A stretch of DNA of 64,000 bases, from positions 3,456,001 to 3,520,000 of the forward strand of contig CAXXKJ010000002.1 of NCBI GenBank assembly GCA_963675295.2, written 5' to 3'. Positions 1-10,712 of this stretch are shown here, one piece after another. This DNA comes from a bacterium (GTDB lineage: Bacteria; Electryoneota; Electryoneia; Electryoneales; Electryoneaceae). A model generated the notes under the pieces. The model worked only from the letters and a program-made list of their open reading frames with translations. It had not been told where the DNA came from and did not search any database. The position numbers and the translations under genes are program-made. Position 1 is the first letter of the stretch. Every line of letters begins with the position of its first letter.

Positions 1-2
1 AG

Positions 3-335
3 TGGCGGGAAATGGTCAGTGACTTCCTCACCGATCACGGGAATCTGGTGCAACTGCTGGTGCTGGTCGACGCCCGGCGCGGCATCGGCGAGCTGGATAC
101 CGAGATGGTGCAGTGGGCGATTGAGGAACGTGTCGGTTGCTCGATTGTCCTGACCAAGACCGATAAACTCAAGCGCAGCGAGCTGACGAAAGCTCATCGT
201 GAAGTGCAACACGCCGTCGGTGCGAAAATGCAGGTTTTCCCGGTCAGCGCGTTGAAACGGACCGGTGTCACCGAGCTGCTCGACGCCATCGAAGGCTGGT
301 GGGCCGAGGACGCGTATCAGGGTGGGATGCAGTAG
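3..335 (+). CDS. engB: Ribosome biogenesis GTPase EngB/YihA/YsxC, 3' part (5' end outside the window)
   Basis: WREMVSDFL...LVLVDARRG...VLTKTDKL (G4 motif TKxDK)...VSALKRTG (G5 motif); frame is open to the window edge. Confidence 0.85.
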   Translation, partial: WREMVSDFLTDHGNLVQLLVLVDARRGIGELDTEMVQWAIEERVGCSIVLTKTDKLKRSELTKAHREVQHAVGAKMQVFPVSALKRTGVTELLDAIEGWWAEDAYQGGMQ

Positions 336-343
336 GTGCTTCG

Positions 344-570
344 CGGTCGGCGGGTTACGGTCGGCTGTCGGCGGGCTGCGGTCGGCGGGCTATGGTCGGC
401 AGTCGGCGAGCAAGTGAATTTCACCGCGTAGCGGTGACGGGTGGTTAGCGTGCTTCACCGTGAAGCAGTGACTTGTAACGCGTGTGCTATGCGTTGTAGC
501 GATGGCGGCTGGGTATTGCGTTTCACCGCGTAGCAGTGACGGGTGGTTAGCGTGTGGCTTCAGCCACACG
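344..570. repeat. Intergenic repeat cluster: GGTCGGC-type short repeats, a 34-bp direct repeat and a REP-like hairpin
   Basis: TTTCACCGCGTAGC(G/A)GTGACGGGTGGTTAGCGTG at 419-452 and 521-554; hairpin CGTGTGGC-TTCA-GCCACACG at 551-570. Confidence 0.7.
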
Positions 571-772
571 AGCACGCGTACCCCTCCCCCTTAATTCATC
601 TGCCCACGCACCCTGTAGGGGTGCCGCACTGAACCGCTACTTATCCGTCGTCAACCAATTCTCCTGATCCACCACGCCCGATGACCCCTGCTGGCGTAGC
701 CCGCAGGGGCACATGTTGCGCACGTCCAACGTTCGCCACGAAAACTTCCGCCCGACCTGAGATCGTTTCCGT

Positions 773-2776
773 TTACCCCGCCAATAATCCCCAGATCAGC
801 GGAATCAGGATCAGGAAGATGCCCATCAGGCTCTCGCCGGCGATCAGGCCGGACGCGGTCGGGACGGTGTAGATGCTGTCCACCTTCGGCTTCCACTTGC
901 TCAGGATCAGCTGGATCAGGCCGCCGATGAACATCGACAGTGCATACCAGAAGTGGAACGTAAACGCCAGCCCGAGGCCCAGCGGGGACGGCACCCAGAT
1001 CCGTGCCTTCGGCGGCAGCACTTTCTGCAAGATCACCAGCAGGATTCCGACCAGCCCCCCGATCCACAAGGCCATCTGCGCGGTCGGGTGGATCGATTCC
1101 ATCCCGTTGGCCAATAGTTCCGCGACCGCCGCCCAGACCACTGCCGCCGGCGCGGGCCACTGGTCGGTGCCCAACGCGGATGCGTCCGGAACCAGCAGGT
1201 AGAAGGTCGGTACAGTCACCGCGGTGCCGATAAAGATGCCCCAGAACTGGGCGAGGAACTGCTTGCGTGGCTGTGCGCCAAGTACGTATCCGCTCTTCAG
1301 GTCGATCAGCAACGCGGAGGAACTGTCGGCGACACCGGCGGTGATGCCTGCTGCCATCAGGTTGACTGTTTGACGTCCCGGGGCGATGCCGCCGTAGACC
1401 AGCTGCATCACCTTGCCCATCGCGCCAATCGGGCTGGTGTCGGTTTCGCCGGTGGTCCGGCAGGCGACCAGGGCGAGGAAGAAGCTGAGGAAAATCGCCA
1501 GCGCGCTCATCCAGATCGGCATGCCGAAGGCGACTTGTGCAACGTAGATAATGCCCAGCGCGCCGACCACGCCGCCAGCCACCATCCACGATCCCGGCAC
1601 TTCGATCTTCTTGATGTACTCGTCCAGCTCCGGGTTGCCCGACCCCTTGGACTTGATGCCGATGATGCTGCCGACGCCACTCAGCGCCCGCACCACCGAC
1701 TTCCACTGCATCGCGAACGCCAGCAGACCGGAGGTGACCATGCACGCCGCCCCGCCCCAAAGCGACCACGAAACCATCGTGCGGTACTCGAGTGATTCAA
1801 TCACGCCCTGGTTGTACATCATCGGCACGAGAATCACCCAGTTGAGGATCGCGCCGAGCATGATTGACGCCGCGACACGGAAGCCCATCAACCCGCCCGC
1901 CGCGACTAGCAGCAACGATCCTTCGCCGGCTACGGTGTAGTCCATCGCCTTCTTGCCGAAGATCGGATAGACGCCCTCGATGATCGTGAACGCCTTTTTC
2001 ACGATCCCGATTTCCATCAGCATCGCAGGACCGTCACGCAGCAACGTCAGCAACGCACCCAGCCCGCCGGCAATGAATAGAGCGTTAGCCGATTTTTGCG
2101 CCTGCGATTCATCAGTGATCGCACCTTCGGCGTCCGCCGCTTCGGCCTCCGCGGCAGCTTCCCGCTCCTCGTCCTCGACCGTGACGATGTCCGCCACTGG
2201 CTTCTGTAGCGCCGGCTTGTGATCGAGGTCGTGGTGCAGGCTGCGAAGCGTCGCCGCCGCCGCAATACCAGACGGGAACCGCAGCCGTTCCACGTTGATC
2301 ATCTGGCGCTTCATCGGAATCGCCATCGTCACGCCGAGCAACGCGAGGAAGAAGATCCACAGGGTGAGGTGGAAGTAGCCGATGTGCGCACTGTTGACCA
2401 GGACAAACGCCGCGACCGCGCTGACCAGCGTGCCGCCGGTGGAATAACCCGCTGAGGACGCCGCCGACTGCATCGCGTTGTTCTCAAGGATCGTCATGTC
2501 AGACTTGGTGACGCCGATCTTGCGGAAGAATTTCCAGATCGCCCACGAGAGCACGCAAGCCGTGATCGCGACACCAAATCCCCAGCCCGTTTTCAGCCCG
2601 ATGTACAGGTTGGTCAGACTCATGATCGCGCCGAGCGCGAGGCCCATGATCGCGGCACGCAGGGTCAGCTGCGGCATGTCGCCACGATAATGTTCTCTGT
2701 AGTAGCGGAGTTCCTGTTCTTCAGACGTCAGAACGTGACGTGCAGCGGAGGTGCCTGGCTGGGTGTCCTGATCCAT
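773..2776 (-). CDS. OPT family oligopeptide transporter
   Basis: QLTLRA, NLYIGLKTGW, ENNAMQSAASS, LRFPSGIA, DLKSGYVLGA motifs; many TM helices. Confidence 0.92.
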   Translation of the reverse strand: MDQDTQPGTSAARHVLTSEEQELRYYREHYRGDMPQLTLRAAIMGLALGAIMSLTNLYIGLKTGWGFGVAITACVLSWAIWKFFRKIGVTKSDMTILENNAMQSAASSAGYSTGGTLVSAVAAFVLVNSAHIGYFHLTLWIFFLALLGVTMAIPMKRQMINVERLRFPSGIAAAATLRSLHHDLDHKPALQKPVADIVTVEDEEREAAAEAEAADAEGAITDESQAQKSANALFIAGGLGALLTLLRDGPAMLMEIGIVKKAFTIIEGVYPIFGKKAMDYTVAGEGSLLLVAAGGLMGFRVAASIMLGAILNWVILVPMMYNQGVIESLEYRTMVSWSLWGGAACMVTSGLLAFAMQWKSVVRALSGVGSIIGIKSKGSGNPELDEYIKKIEVPGSWMVAGGVVGALGIIYVAQVAFGMPIWMSALAIFLSFFLALVACRTTGETDTSPIGAMGKVMQLVYGGIAPGRQTVNLMAAGITAGVADSSSALLIDLKSGYVLGAQPRKQFLAQFWGIFIGTAVTVPTFYLLVPDASALGTDQWPAPAAVVWAAVAELLANGMESIHPTAQMALWIGGLVGILLVILQKVLPPKARIWVPSPLGLGLAFTFHFWYALSMFIGGLIQLILSKWKPKVDSIYTVPTASGLIAGESLMGIFLILIPLIWGLLAG

Positions 2777-2904
2777 GGTCTTCCCTCAAACTGGGTGGGC
2801 AACTGTGAGAATGCGTCAATATAGGGGATTGACCCGGCTCGGGCTACGGGACAGGGACGAAACCGTGAATTTGTCAGTCGCGGCGACGCCGGGGTCCAGC
2901 CCCA

Positions 2905-3132
2905 TCAGTCCCACTGTTCCCGCAACCAGTCATGGACAGCCGCCGCGTACTCATCGGTCTGCTCGTGCCCGGCGTCAAAGGTCTGAAACTCAACGTTCAG
3001 GTACTCACCCACCCGTACCCACGATTGCGCGGAGTACAGTAGTGGCGAATCGTCGGGAGTGACGGCGAATGCGGATGGCGGCAGTACAAGGCATGACAGA
3101 ACAAAGAAGAAGATTACACTGACCCGAACCAT
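2905..3132 (-). CDS. Short hypothetical exported protein or gene remnant
   Basis: 75-aa ORF with signal-peptide-like N-terminus ending AFA and a G-rich RBS upstream. Confidence 0.4.
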   Translation of the reverse strand: MVRVSVIFFFVLSCLVLPPSAFAVTPDDSPLLYSAQSWVRVGEYLNVEFQTFDAGHEQTDEYAAAVHDWLREQWD

Positions 3133-3260
3133 GACGCTCCCCCCCTTTTGGCGTCGATTGCCTGTTCATGTTTCTGATAGGGACAGAATGAAGCAGGAAT
3201 CGTTACACGCCTGGGTACCTCCATTCCATGGACAGTTGAAATGAAGCGTCTGCGGAATGT

Positions 3261-4687
3261 CTAGTGGATGGCTGAATCGCTTGGAATCAAGAGACGCACC
3301 TGATACCAGCCGGATTCCGTGAGTGCAGACACCATTTCGATTCCAAGCAGGGCTGCATAGTTCTGTGCCAGGGTCAGCCCCATGCCGAGATGAAACTCAC
3401 TGCGACTGGTTTCTTTTCTCCAGAATGGTTCGTTCATATGCTCAATCTCGGTAATGTCCAGATCAGGAGCAGGGTTCTCAATTGTCCAGCTGGTGACATT
3501 GGGATCGGAATCAACCCAACACCGAACTGTGGCACCATCTGGTGAATGCAGTACCGAGTTCGAGATGAGGTTCTGCAACAACGATTCGAGCTGACTTGAA
3601 CTGCTGGATACGCAAATGCCATCCCCGACTTGCAGATCCAGCTTAAGATTTCTCTGATTTGCCTGGCCTTGCAATCGGTCCCATACCGCGCGCGTCAATG
3701 CGGACAGATCAACTTGCGTCATTACAATGGTGATTTCATGCTGCTGCATCCTCGCCATTGCTAGCAGAACGGAGACCGTCATCTCAAGCTGTTTTGCGAT
3801 CGCCTCAGCGTCTTCGAAATACGCCCTGACATCTTCATTGGTAGCCACGAAAGCGTCATTCAATGCGACCTCCGCCAGCGTGCGCAATTCTGCGATGGGA
3901 GTTCGCAACTCATGCGCAGCGTCGGCGGTGAATCGCCGTTCCCGGTTGTAGGCTGCTTCCATGCGTTCCAACAGCTGATTGAAGGATTTAACCAGGGGTT
4001 TCAGTTCTGCCGGTTGCTCGTGTGTCGGGAATCGATGGGATAGCTGGTCGGTTTGCAGCTGCCTGACCTTGAAGCTGAAACGGTCCAGCGGAGCCAAACC
4101 TCGTCTGACTACCAGCAGGACTAGTGGTATGGTGAGGATAAGTAGCAACAGTGCGGTGGCAACAATCCCCAGTTGAATCAACGTCAGCGTCTTATCAAGC
4201 CCTGATCGAGAAACCGCCAGTGTTAAAGTGTGTTCGAAATTTTCCCTGGGTTGATCAGATCCCGAGCCACGTTCGATGCGAGGTATGTACCGAATAAGAG
4301 CCGCTCGTGCAGATGTCCGATCTTCCCGGCTCATCGAATAAATGATGAGCGAATCAGTTACTGTAGCAAAGTCCATCAATGACAGTTGCACGCTGGTATC
4401 TGATCGAACACAACCCTGCCCAGCTTGTCACGCAGTTCATAATCGATCACCAGCCCACCGGCTTCCAGTCCCGTGATCGACAGATCCTCGAGGTCGAACT
4501 CGAATTCACCCTCTTCATTGATTTCGGTGACCTGTAGAATTGCATCCGCCCGGCTGAGCAATGCCTGGTCGAAGGCGGCAATCAGTGCGTGTCTGGTGAC
4601 TCCATACACTGCGAATCCAGCCAGCACAACAAGTAGGCTCAAACCAGCAAGTAGTCCAGCGATCAACTGTATGCGAATGGAGTTCAC
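3261..4687 (-). pseudogene. CusS/QseC-like sensor histidine kinase split by a frameshift (ORFs 4376-4687 and 3261-4391)
   Basis: N-terminal ORF has TM1 and the start of the periplasmic domain; second ORF has TM2, HAMP, H-box FTADAAHELRTP and HATPase_c (LLQNLISNS, GMGL); frames overlap near 4376-4406. Confidence 0.8.
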
Positions 4688-5361
4688 AGGCTTGGATCCC
4701 GCAGGATATATCCCTGACCCCGTCTTGTTTCGATCATGGATGGCTGACCTTCGACATGCAGCACTTTTCGCAGTGCGCTGATCGCCGACTCAATAGCATT
4801 ACTGCTTGGCTGGTTCGCGAAATCGTAGATGTGATACATGAGTTCACGGGATGAGACGACTTTTTCCTTGTGCAGAGCGAGGTATTCGAGGACGGCATAT
4901 TCACGTGGTTTCAACGGCAGTATCTGGCCACTGCGTGAAACCTCTCGTAGATTGAGGTCTAAATTCAGATCACGGATTGGGATGTTCGGCGCCTGTATCC
5001 TGTACTTGCGGCGTACAAGCGCTTGCACCCGTGCAAGCAACTCCTCCAGCGCAAAAGGTTTGACGAGATAGTCATCCGCTCCCGCCTCCAGACCCCGAAC
5101 CCGATCATCGACCGTGTCCCGTGCGGAAAGGATCAACACTCCGGCCTCAACACCGTCCTCTTTCATACGCTGCAATATGGACATGCCATCAATCTTCGGC
5201 AGCATCAAATCAAGTATGACCACATCATAGTCGGAGTGATGCAACAACGACAGGGCTTCGCTGCCGTCGGACACCGTATCGACAGCGTATCCGGCTTGAC
5301 GAAGCCCTTTCGCGACGTAGCGTTGCAACCGCTGTGCGTCTTCAACGACAAGACAGCGCAT
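4684..5361 (-). CDS. OmpR-family response regulator
   Basis: MRCLVVED, ILDLMLP phospho-Asp, GADDYLVKPF, C-terminal winged HTH (IETRRGQGY); stop overlaps the kinase start. Confidence 0.93.
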   Translation of the reverse strand: MRCLVVEDAQRLQRYVAKGLRQAGYAVDTVSDGSEALSLLHHSDYDVVILDLMLPKIDGMSILQRMKEDGVEAGVLILSARDTVDDRVRGLEAGADDYLVKPFALEELLARVQALVRRKYRIQAPNIPIRDLNLDLNLREVSRSGQILPLKPREYAVLEYLALHKEKVVSSRELMYHIYDFANQPSSNAIESAISALRKVLHVEGQPSMIETRRGQGYILRDPSL

Positions 5362-5409
5362 TGTACCCCGGGGGTAATCTAAGGTTTGCTGCAAACATAC
5401 GAAAACGAC

Positions 5410-5913
5410 TCAGTCATCATCCTCTTCGTCGTCATCTTCGTTGTCATGCATCAGCCTGCCATTGCCAAGGAAATGGAGTTCGCGGGTGTCATCTCCATCG
5501 CGAATCTCGATTTCGAAATAGGTGACCGTGACTTGTTCCGCCTCACGGATTTGCGCATCTGGAAAGTGCTGCTGCAGGTATGTCTGAATTGCAGCCGTCA
5601 GATCCTCGGCGTCAATTTCAATCTCGGTTGCCAACAACTCACCGCCGGCACCGACCTCGACCGTGAATTCATCACCATCCACCTCGGTTTCTGCTTCGTA
5701 GACGGTGTAGCCGTCCTCCTCATCCATCTCGACTTCCTCGGGGACAGCGTTGTTCAGCTGAGCGAGCAGCGTGGTGCGCACCACTTCCGGAACCTGATCC
5801 CACGGAACTGTGGTTTCCCCATCTTCTGCGAACACGTTGACAGCGGTAAATACTGTTAAACCACAAAGAAGCAAGGTGGCAATCCCACGTCCAATCGCAA
5901 TGCGTAACTTCAT
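5410..5913 (-). CDS. Exported acidic PepSY-like domain protein
   Basis: Signal peptide, repeated YEAE/FEIE..G.L units typical of PepSY-like folds, acidic tail; adjacent to the two-component pair. Confidence 0.65.
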   Translation of the reverse strand: MKLRIAIGRGIATLLLCGLTVFTAVNVFAEDGETTVPWDQVPEVVRTTLLAQLNNAVPEEVEMDEEDGYTVYEAETEVDGDEFTVEVGAGGELLATEIEIDAEDLTAAIQTYLQQHFPDAQIREAEQVTVTYFEIEIRDGDDTRELHFLGNGRLMHDNEDDDEEDDD

Positions 5914-5979
5914 CTTCCCCTCCTGCCTTTCAGCATGTTGCATCAACTTACAGTTTAACGGTTTAGACATTCTAAACGA

Positions 5980-6837
5980 TCACCAGCGATGGAAGCTGAA
6001 CATCAATCCATATTCCGGTGCCCAGTCGACCGATGTTGGCGTCAAACCAAACGAGTTGTTGAATTTGATCAACCCCCAATCGGCGAAATGGAATTGAATT
6101 TCCGTGATCGCTTCATCGTTCTCAACCGCGAGAAACACCTTCCAATTGTCGTTCAACCGCTTCAGGTATTCCACCGCAACCTCGTTCAAACCAAATTCCT
6201 CTTCATCCATGTTGTATTCAGCTGACACACGAAAAGTGAGCGTTCCGAACGAGAACCCACGAATCACCCCAGTCCCCAGTTTGAATTCGTAATCGGGCGT
6301 TCCGGTGAGATCCTTGTCACTGTTGAACGGATACACGGTTTCGAAATAGCTGTAAAACCCAGGCCGTTTCGCGGTTTCCTTCAGCCAATAGTAGTCGAGC
6401 TGGGTTTGTACATCCCCCAGCCCTGATTCCTTGATTTCTCGCGGCATGGTAGACAAATCTTCATCCGCCTTTTCGAGTTCTGCTGTGATGTAGGCAGCTT
6501 CGATCTCTAGAACCAACCGGTCCGTAATCCCATACCCGAGAAAGATGAGGAATTCGTTGGCGTTGTAGTCACCCTCAAAATCTTCATCCAGGGCAGCACC
6601 AAAATCCGTTGGGTTGTATTCTTCCTGCGCGTTGATGTAGTACTCGTAGAATGGATAGAGCATCAACTCGCCCTTGCGGATGTGTGTACCGAACATCGAT
6701 GTTGGGCTGCCGGTTCCGCGATCCATCAAGTACGAAGGCAGTTCATCAACGGGTTCCATCGCTGGACTGATTTGTGGTTGTACAAAAAGTGTGATCGTCA
6801 CCAGCAGGATGATGGTGAGCAGCAAGCGTTGGTTCAT
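5980..6837 (-). CDS. Putative outer-membrane beta-barrel protein
   Basis: Signal peptide, SGLGDVQ motif seen in MetA-pathway-like porins, amphipathic strands, aromatic C-terminus. Confidence 0.55.
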   Translation of the reverse strand: MNQRLLLTIILLVTITLFVQPQISPAMEPVDELPSYLMDRGTGSPTSMFGTHIRKGELMLYPFYEYYINAQEEYNPTDFGAALDEDFEGDYNANEFLIFLGYGITDRLVLEIEAAYITAELEKADEDLSTMPREIKESGLGDVQTQLDYYWLKETAKRPGFYSYFETVYPFNSDKDLTGTPDYEFKLGTGVIRGFSFGTLTFRVSAEYNMDEEEFGLNEVAVEYLKRLNDNWKVFLAVENDEAITEIQFHFADWGLIKFNNSFGLTPTSVDWAPEYGLMFSFHRW

Positions 6838-7049
6838 TATCGACTCCTCCCTCGAGTGAGCTGCAAGATCAGGTATGAACGTACCGCATGTGCGATGATA
6901 GCTCCGGCAACATTACCAGAAGCCAATGGGACGTAACCCTGTGGAGTTCCCGAAGCAGGCATCATCCCGATCCCCGTTTGCCCCTCGCCCACCCGTTGCG
7001 CTACCTTCCCCGCGCACAACGGGATCAACCCTCAAGCATAGCGGATACC

Positions 7050-8102
7050 ATGGCACCTTCAGGCAAGAAGCGAATCCTCAGCGGCATGCGTTCCACCGGC
7101 CGCCTGCACCTCGGCAATTTCGTCGGCGCACTCGAGAACTGGGTCAAGATGCAGGGCGAATACGAGAACTATCATCTCGTCGCCGACTGGCATGTCTTGA
7201 CCACGGACGCCGAACACACCGGCGAGATTCTCCCGAACACGCTCGAAATGGTGCGTGACTGGCTCGGCGCGGGCATCGACCCGAGCATCAGCCCGATGTT
7301 CCGGCAATCTCAGGTGAAAGAACATGCTGAGCTGCATCTCCTCTTCTCAATGCTGGTGACTCAGTCGCGTCTCGAACGCAACCCGACGCTCAAGGAACAG
7401 ATCCGCGACCTGCGCGAAAAATTGCAGGCGCGCGATCTGGACGACGAGGACCGCCCGGAGAATGAGGTTACCGATTCCGGTTTGATCACGTATGGCCATC
7501 TCGGCTACCCGGTGCTGCAGGCGGCGGACATTCTGCTCTACAAGGGTGAGGTAGTGCCGGTGGGCGAGGATCAGCTGCCGCATCTCGAGATCACGCGGGA
7601 AATCGCGCGCCGCTTCAACCGCTACTACGGCGAGGTGTTCCCGGAACCGGACGGCTACGTGCTGGAGGAAACCAAGTTCAGCCGTCTGCCGGGCCCAGAT
7701 GGCAAGCGCATGTCCAAGTCGCTCGGCAACACCATTTTCCTCAGCGACGGTGAGGAGGAAACCGGCAAGCGCATCATGGGCATGGTCACCGATCCGCAGA
7801 AGGTTCGCCGCAATGATCCGGGCCGGCCGGAAGTGTGCAACGTGTTCACCTACCACCAGAAGTTCAACCCGGACGAAGTCCCGCAAATCGAGGAAGACTG
7901 CAGGAGCGGCGCGTTGGGTTGTGTCGCCTGCAAGAAGAACTGCGCGGCGAAATTGAATGACTATCTGCGTCCGATGCGTGAACGCCGCCAGCAGTACAAC
8001 GATGACGCCGTGATGGACGTACTCACTACCGGAGAGACGAAAGCACGAGCCGTCGCGCAGGAGACCATGGCGCAGGTTCGCGACGCGATGAAGTTTGGAT
8101 GA
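7050..8102 (+). CDS. trpS: Tryptophan--tRNA ligase
   Basis: SGMRSTGRLHLGN (HIGH-like), YPVLQAADIL, VPVGEDQ, RMSKS (KMSKS-like); start placed at ATG 7050. Confidence 0.97.
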   Translation: MAPSGKKRILSGMRSTGRLHLGNFVGALENWVKMQGEYENYHLVADWHVLTTDAEHTGEILPNTLEMVRDWLGAGIDPSISPMFRQSQVKEHAELHLLFSMLVTQSRLERNPTLKEQIRDLREKLQARDLDDEDRPENEVTDSGLITYGHLGYPVLQAADILLYKGEVVPVGEDQLPHLEITREIARRFNRYYGEVFPEPDGYVLEETKFSRLPGPDGKRMSKSLGNTIFLSDGEEETGKRIMGMVTDPQKVRRNDPGRPEVCNVFTYHQKFNPDEVPQIEEDCRSGALGCVACKKNCAAKLNDYLRPMRERRQQYNDDAVMDVLTTGETKARAVAQETMAQVRDAMKFG

Positions 8103-8163
8103 TCCTTTCCGAGCGCTGGCCGCCGACCGTATATTTCAGATTGAGCCAGTGCTGGAGGTTGGT

Positions 8164-8403
8164 ATGAAAGTTGGAAGCTACACCGTTGTGTACACCCGTG
8201 ACGAAGAGGGCGGGTTCATTGTGACCGTTCCCGCGCTCAAAGGAGTTGTCACGTACGGTGATACGCTGGAAGAAGCCCAGGAGATGGCGAAAGAAGCCAT
8301 CGAGGGATTTCTAGAAGCCTTGCACTCAGAAGGCCTTCCCATCCCGGAGGAAGGGCAGACAACCGCAGTGGCTGAACAGATCAATGTGAAGGTTCCGGCA
8401 TGA
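8164..8403 (+). CDS. hicB: HicB family antitoxin (short, no DNA-binding domain)
   Basis: GGFIVTVPALKGVVTYGDTLEEAQEMAKEAI...G.PIP; GGAGG RBS before ATG 8164. Confidence 0.9.
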   Translation: MKVGSYTVVYTRDEEGGFIVTVPALKGVVTYGDTLEEAQEMAKEAIEGFLEALHSEGLPIPEEGQTTAVAEQINVKVPA

Positions 8404-8624
8404 CGCCACGCTTTCCAACGCTGACACCCCGGAAGATGGTGAAGGTCTTGAAGAAAGCAGGATTTGTAGAGCATTCACAAAAAGGCAGTCATCTGTATCT
8501 GCACCATCCGGATGGCCGCTGGACCACGGTGCCCATGCACGCACGGGATTTAAAACGAGGGCTGATTTTCTCAATTCTTGATCAAGCCGATATTGATCCG
8601 GATGACTTCTTGAAACTCCTCTAA
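8400..8624 (+). CDS. hicA: HicA family mRNA interferase toxin
   Basis: LKKAGF...QKGSH...TTVPMH..DL..G; ATGA overlap with hicB. Confidence 0.92.
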   Translation: MTPRFPTLTPRKMVKVLKKAGFVEHSQKGSHLYLHHPDGRWTTVPMHARDLKRGLIFSILDQADIDPDDFLKLL

Positions 8625-8626
8625 CC

Positions 8627-9388
8627 ATGCCCTTCACCCTCAACATCGACGTCTATTCCGGTCCGATGGACCTGCTGCTGCACGTGGTTCGTCAGAACCG
8701 GATCGACATGCTCGAATTGCCCCTCGCGCAGATCGCAGAGGGGTTTCTCGAGTACGCACGGGAGGATAACGGCCTCGACCTCGATGAAGCGGGTGAAGTG
8801 TTGTACACGGCTTCGCTGTTGATCCGGATGAAAGTCCGGTTCCTGCTGCCCACCGAGGATGCAGCCGACGACGAGGACAGCAACGGCGACATCGAGCGTG
8901 ACGAAGAGCTGGAGGAGATGTTCCTCGGGATCGTCGCGGCGGCCCGTGAACTGGCAGACAGTGAAGCGCGGCAGCGCTTGCATTTTAAACGCGGTCAGGC
9001 GGCGGGCCAGGTCGAGGTGGACGAAACCGAAGCGTTGCTGCAGGATCTGAACGTGTTGCACCTGGCGGAAGCGTTCCGGCAGGTGGAACGCAAGCTGGAG
9101 CAGAAGCCGGCGCGTCAGCTCGCCCTGTTCAAGGTCACCGTCGAGGAACAGGCGGTGATGATTCTGCAAGGCCTGGCGGAACAGAAGAGCATTTCCTTCC
9201 AGCAGATCGCGGAGATGCTGACCGAACGGATCGAGGTCGTGGTCACCTTTCTCGCGATGCTGGATTTGCTGCGTCTGGGTAGAATCAGCTTGCGTCAGGA
9301 CGAACTGTTCGGTGAGATTCTGATTCAGCGCGGGCCAAAGTACAAGGGCACTGTCATTCGGGATGTGGAGGACAACGGGAATGGCTGA
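8627..9388 (+). CDS. scpA: Segregation and condensation protein A
   Basis: YSGPMDLLL at the N-terminus; VVVTFLAMLDL...RQDELFGEI at the C-terminus. Confidence 0.92.
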   Translation: MPFTLNIDVYSGPMDLLLHVVRQNRIDMLELPLAQIAEGFLEYAREDNGLDLDEAGEVLYTASLLIRMKVRFLLPTEDAADDEDSNGDIERDEELEEMFLGIVAAARELADSEARQRLHFKRGQAAGQVEVDETEALLQDLNVLHLAEAFRQVERKLEQKPARQLALFKVTVEEQAVMILQGLAEQKSISFQQIAEMLTERIEVVVTFLAMLDLLRLGRISLRQDELFGEILIQRGPKYKGTVIRDVEDNGNG

Positions 9389-10193
9389 TCAACCGGTAGC
9401 TGATAACGGCGCGGAACGAGACACCGATTGGTTCGTCCCGCAGGTGGAAGCGTTGCTGTTCGCGGCGGAAGAACCGTTGCGTGACGCGGACATCTCCGCC
9501 GTGCTGCCGGGGTTGCTTGAGGCGGGTGTCGGCCAGGTCATGGACGCGTTGGAGCATAAGTACAGGGACGGCGACCACGCGTTAACCGTACAGCGTGTCG
9601 CCGGCGGCTGGCGGCTGGCGACCCATCCCAACTACGCCGACCTCGTCCGCACGCATCTGAAGGGCAAGGTTCGCGGACGGTTGAGCAGGGCATCGCTGGA
9701 AACCGTTTCGATCATCGCCTACAAGCAGCCGGTCAGCCGTGCGGAAATCGAGCAGATGCGCGGCGTTGACAGCGTCCAGACGCTCCGTCACCTGATGGAC
9801 CGTGGCCTGATCAAGGCGTCCGGCCGGGCGGAAGCGCCGGGACGTCCGCTCTTGTACACCACCACCGCCGCATTTCTCACCTACTTCGGCCTGGACTCCC
9901 TCTTCGAGCTGCCCGATCCCGGCGAATTGCTCGCCGAACCGGACGAGGTGTCACAGGGCTCCGAGGTTCAGGTCGCGCGCGGCCCGTTTGCCGGTGGAGA
10001 TACCGGCGTCGAGCAGGAATGGTATCGTCCCCGATCGGACGGAGATGAAGCCGGCGCGCCCAAACAAGATCTTCCCGATGAGCAAGACGATCAACCGGAC
10101 GCCGAATTCATCGAAGCGGACAGCGCGGACGAATCCGCGGCTGCCGAATCCTCGGAATCGGAGTCCTCTGAGAAAGATCTGGGAGACAAGTAA
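9381..10193 (+). CDS. scpB: SMC-Scp complex subunit ScpB with acidic tail
   Basis: VEALLFAA, LSRASLETVSIIAYKQPVSRAEIEQMRGVDS, GRPLLYTTT..FL.YFGL. Confidence 0.95.
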   Translation: MADQPVADNGAERDTDWFVPQVEALLFAAEEPLRDADISAVLPGLLEAGVGQVMDALEHKYRDGDHALTVQRVAGGWRLATHPNYADLVRTHLKGKVRGRLSRASLETVSIIAYKQPVSRAEIEQMRGVDSVQTLRHLMDRGLIKASGRAEAPGRPLLYTTTAAFLTYFGLDSLFELPDPGELLAEPDEVSQGSEVQVARGPFAGGDTGVEQEWYRPRSDGDEAGAPKQDLPDEQDDQPDAEFIEADSADESAAAESSESESSEKDLGDK

Positions 10194-10712
10194 GTCTGAT
10201 CCAGTTCCAGCACCAACGATCCTCCTCCCCATTCCATCCACAGTTTTCATCGTTTTTCTTCTTTTATCAATTCCCATTTTCGATGATGCAACCTGTTCAA
10301 AATGCACCAAATCGTCATCAACTTTCCAAAAGCAATTTCATCTGCTGCCCTGTTTGCACCTTCCCGAAAAATCCAAATTCAGTCCATAAACTGTTGTAAT
10401 GATAATGAGTTAAAAGACGTGAATCCGCAACATCTCCCCTCTCGCTTGTGACTCAACTCACAAAATCTTCTACTGAAAATGTTGACTTTTTATCGTTACG
10501 CGAACAAAACTCATGATGGAGGATCGGACACTGGTTTGTCACGCCTCAGATTCGACCCGAGAACTAGTCCCCGGGTTCTGGCTCAGCACCTGCACTCCTG
10601 CTCCGCTCACCACCGGATCCGCATCCTTTGATCACAATCTCGAAAACAAAAAGCTGTTCATAAAGTGTGCAACGACCGCTTCCGGTGGAAGCACAACTGT
10701 TGGGGGTGATCG

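Noticed and set aside
6888-7049. N-terminal extension or T-box leader of trpS
   Set aside because: TrpRS similarity begins at MAPSGKKRILSG (7050); no T-box consensus or terminator was recognised
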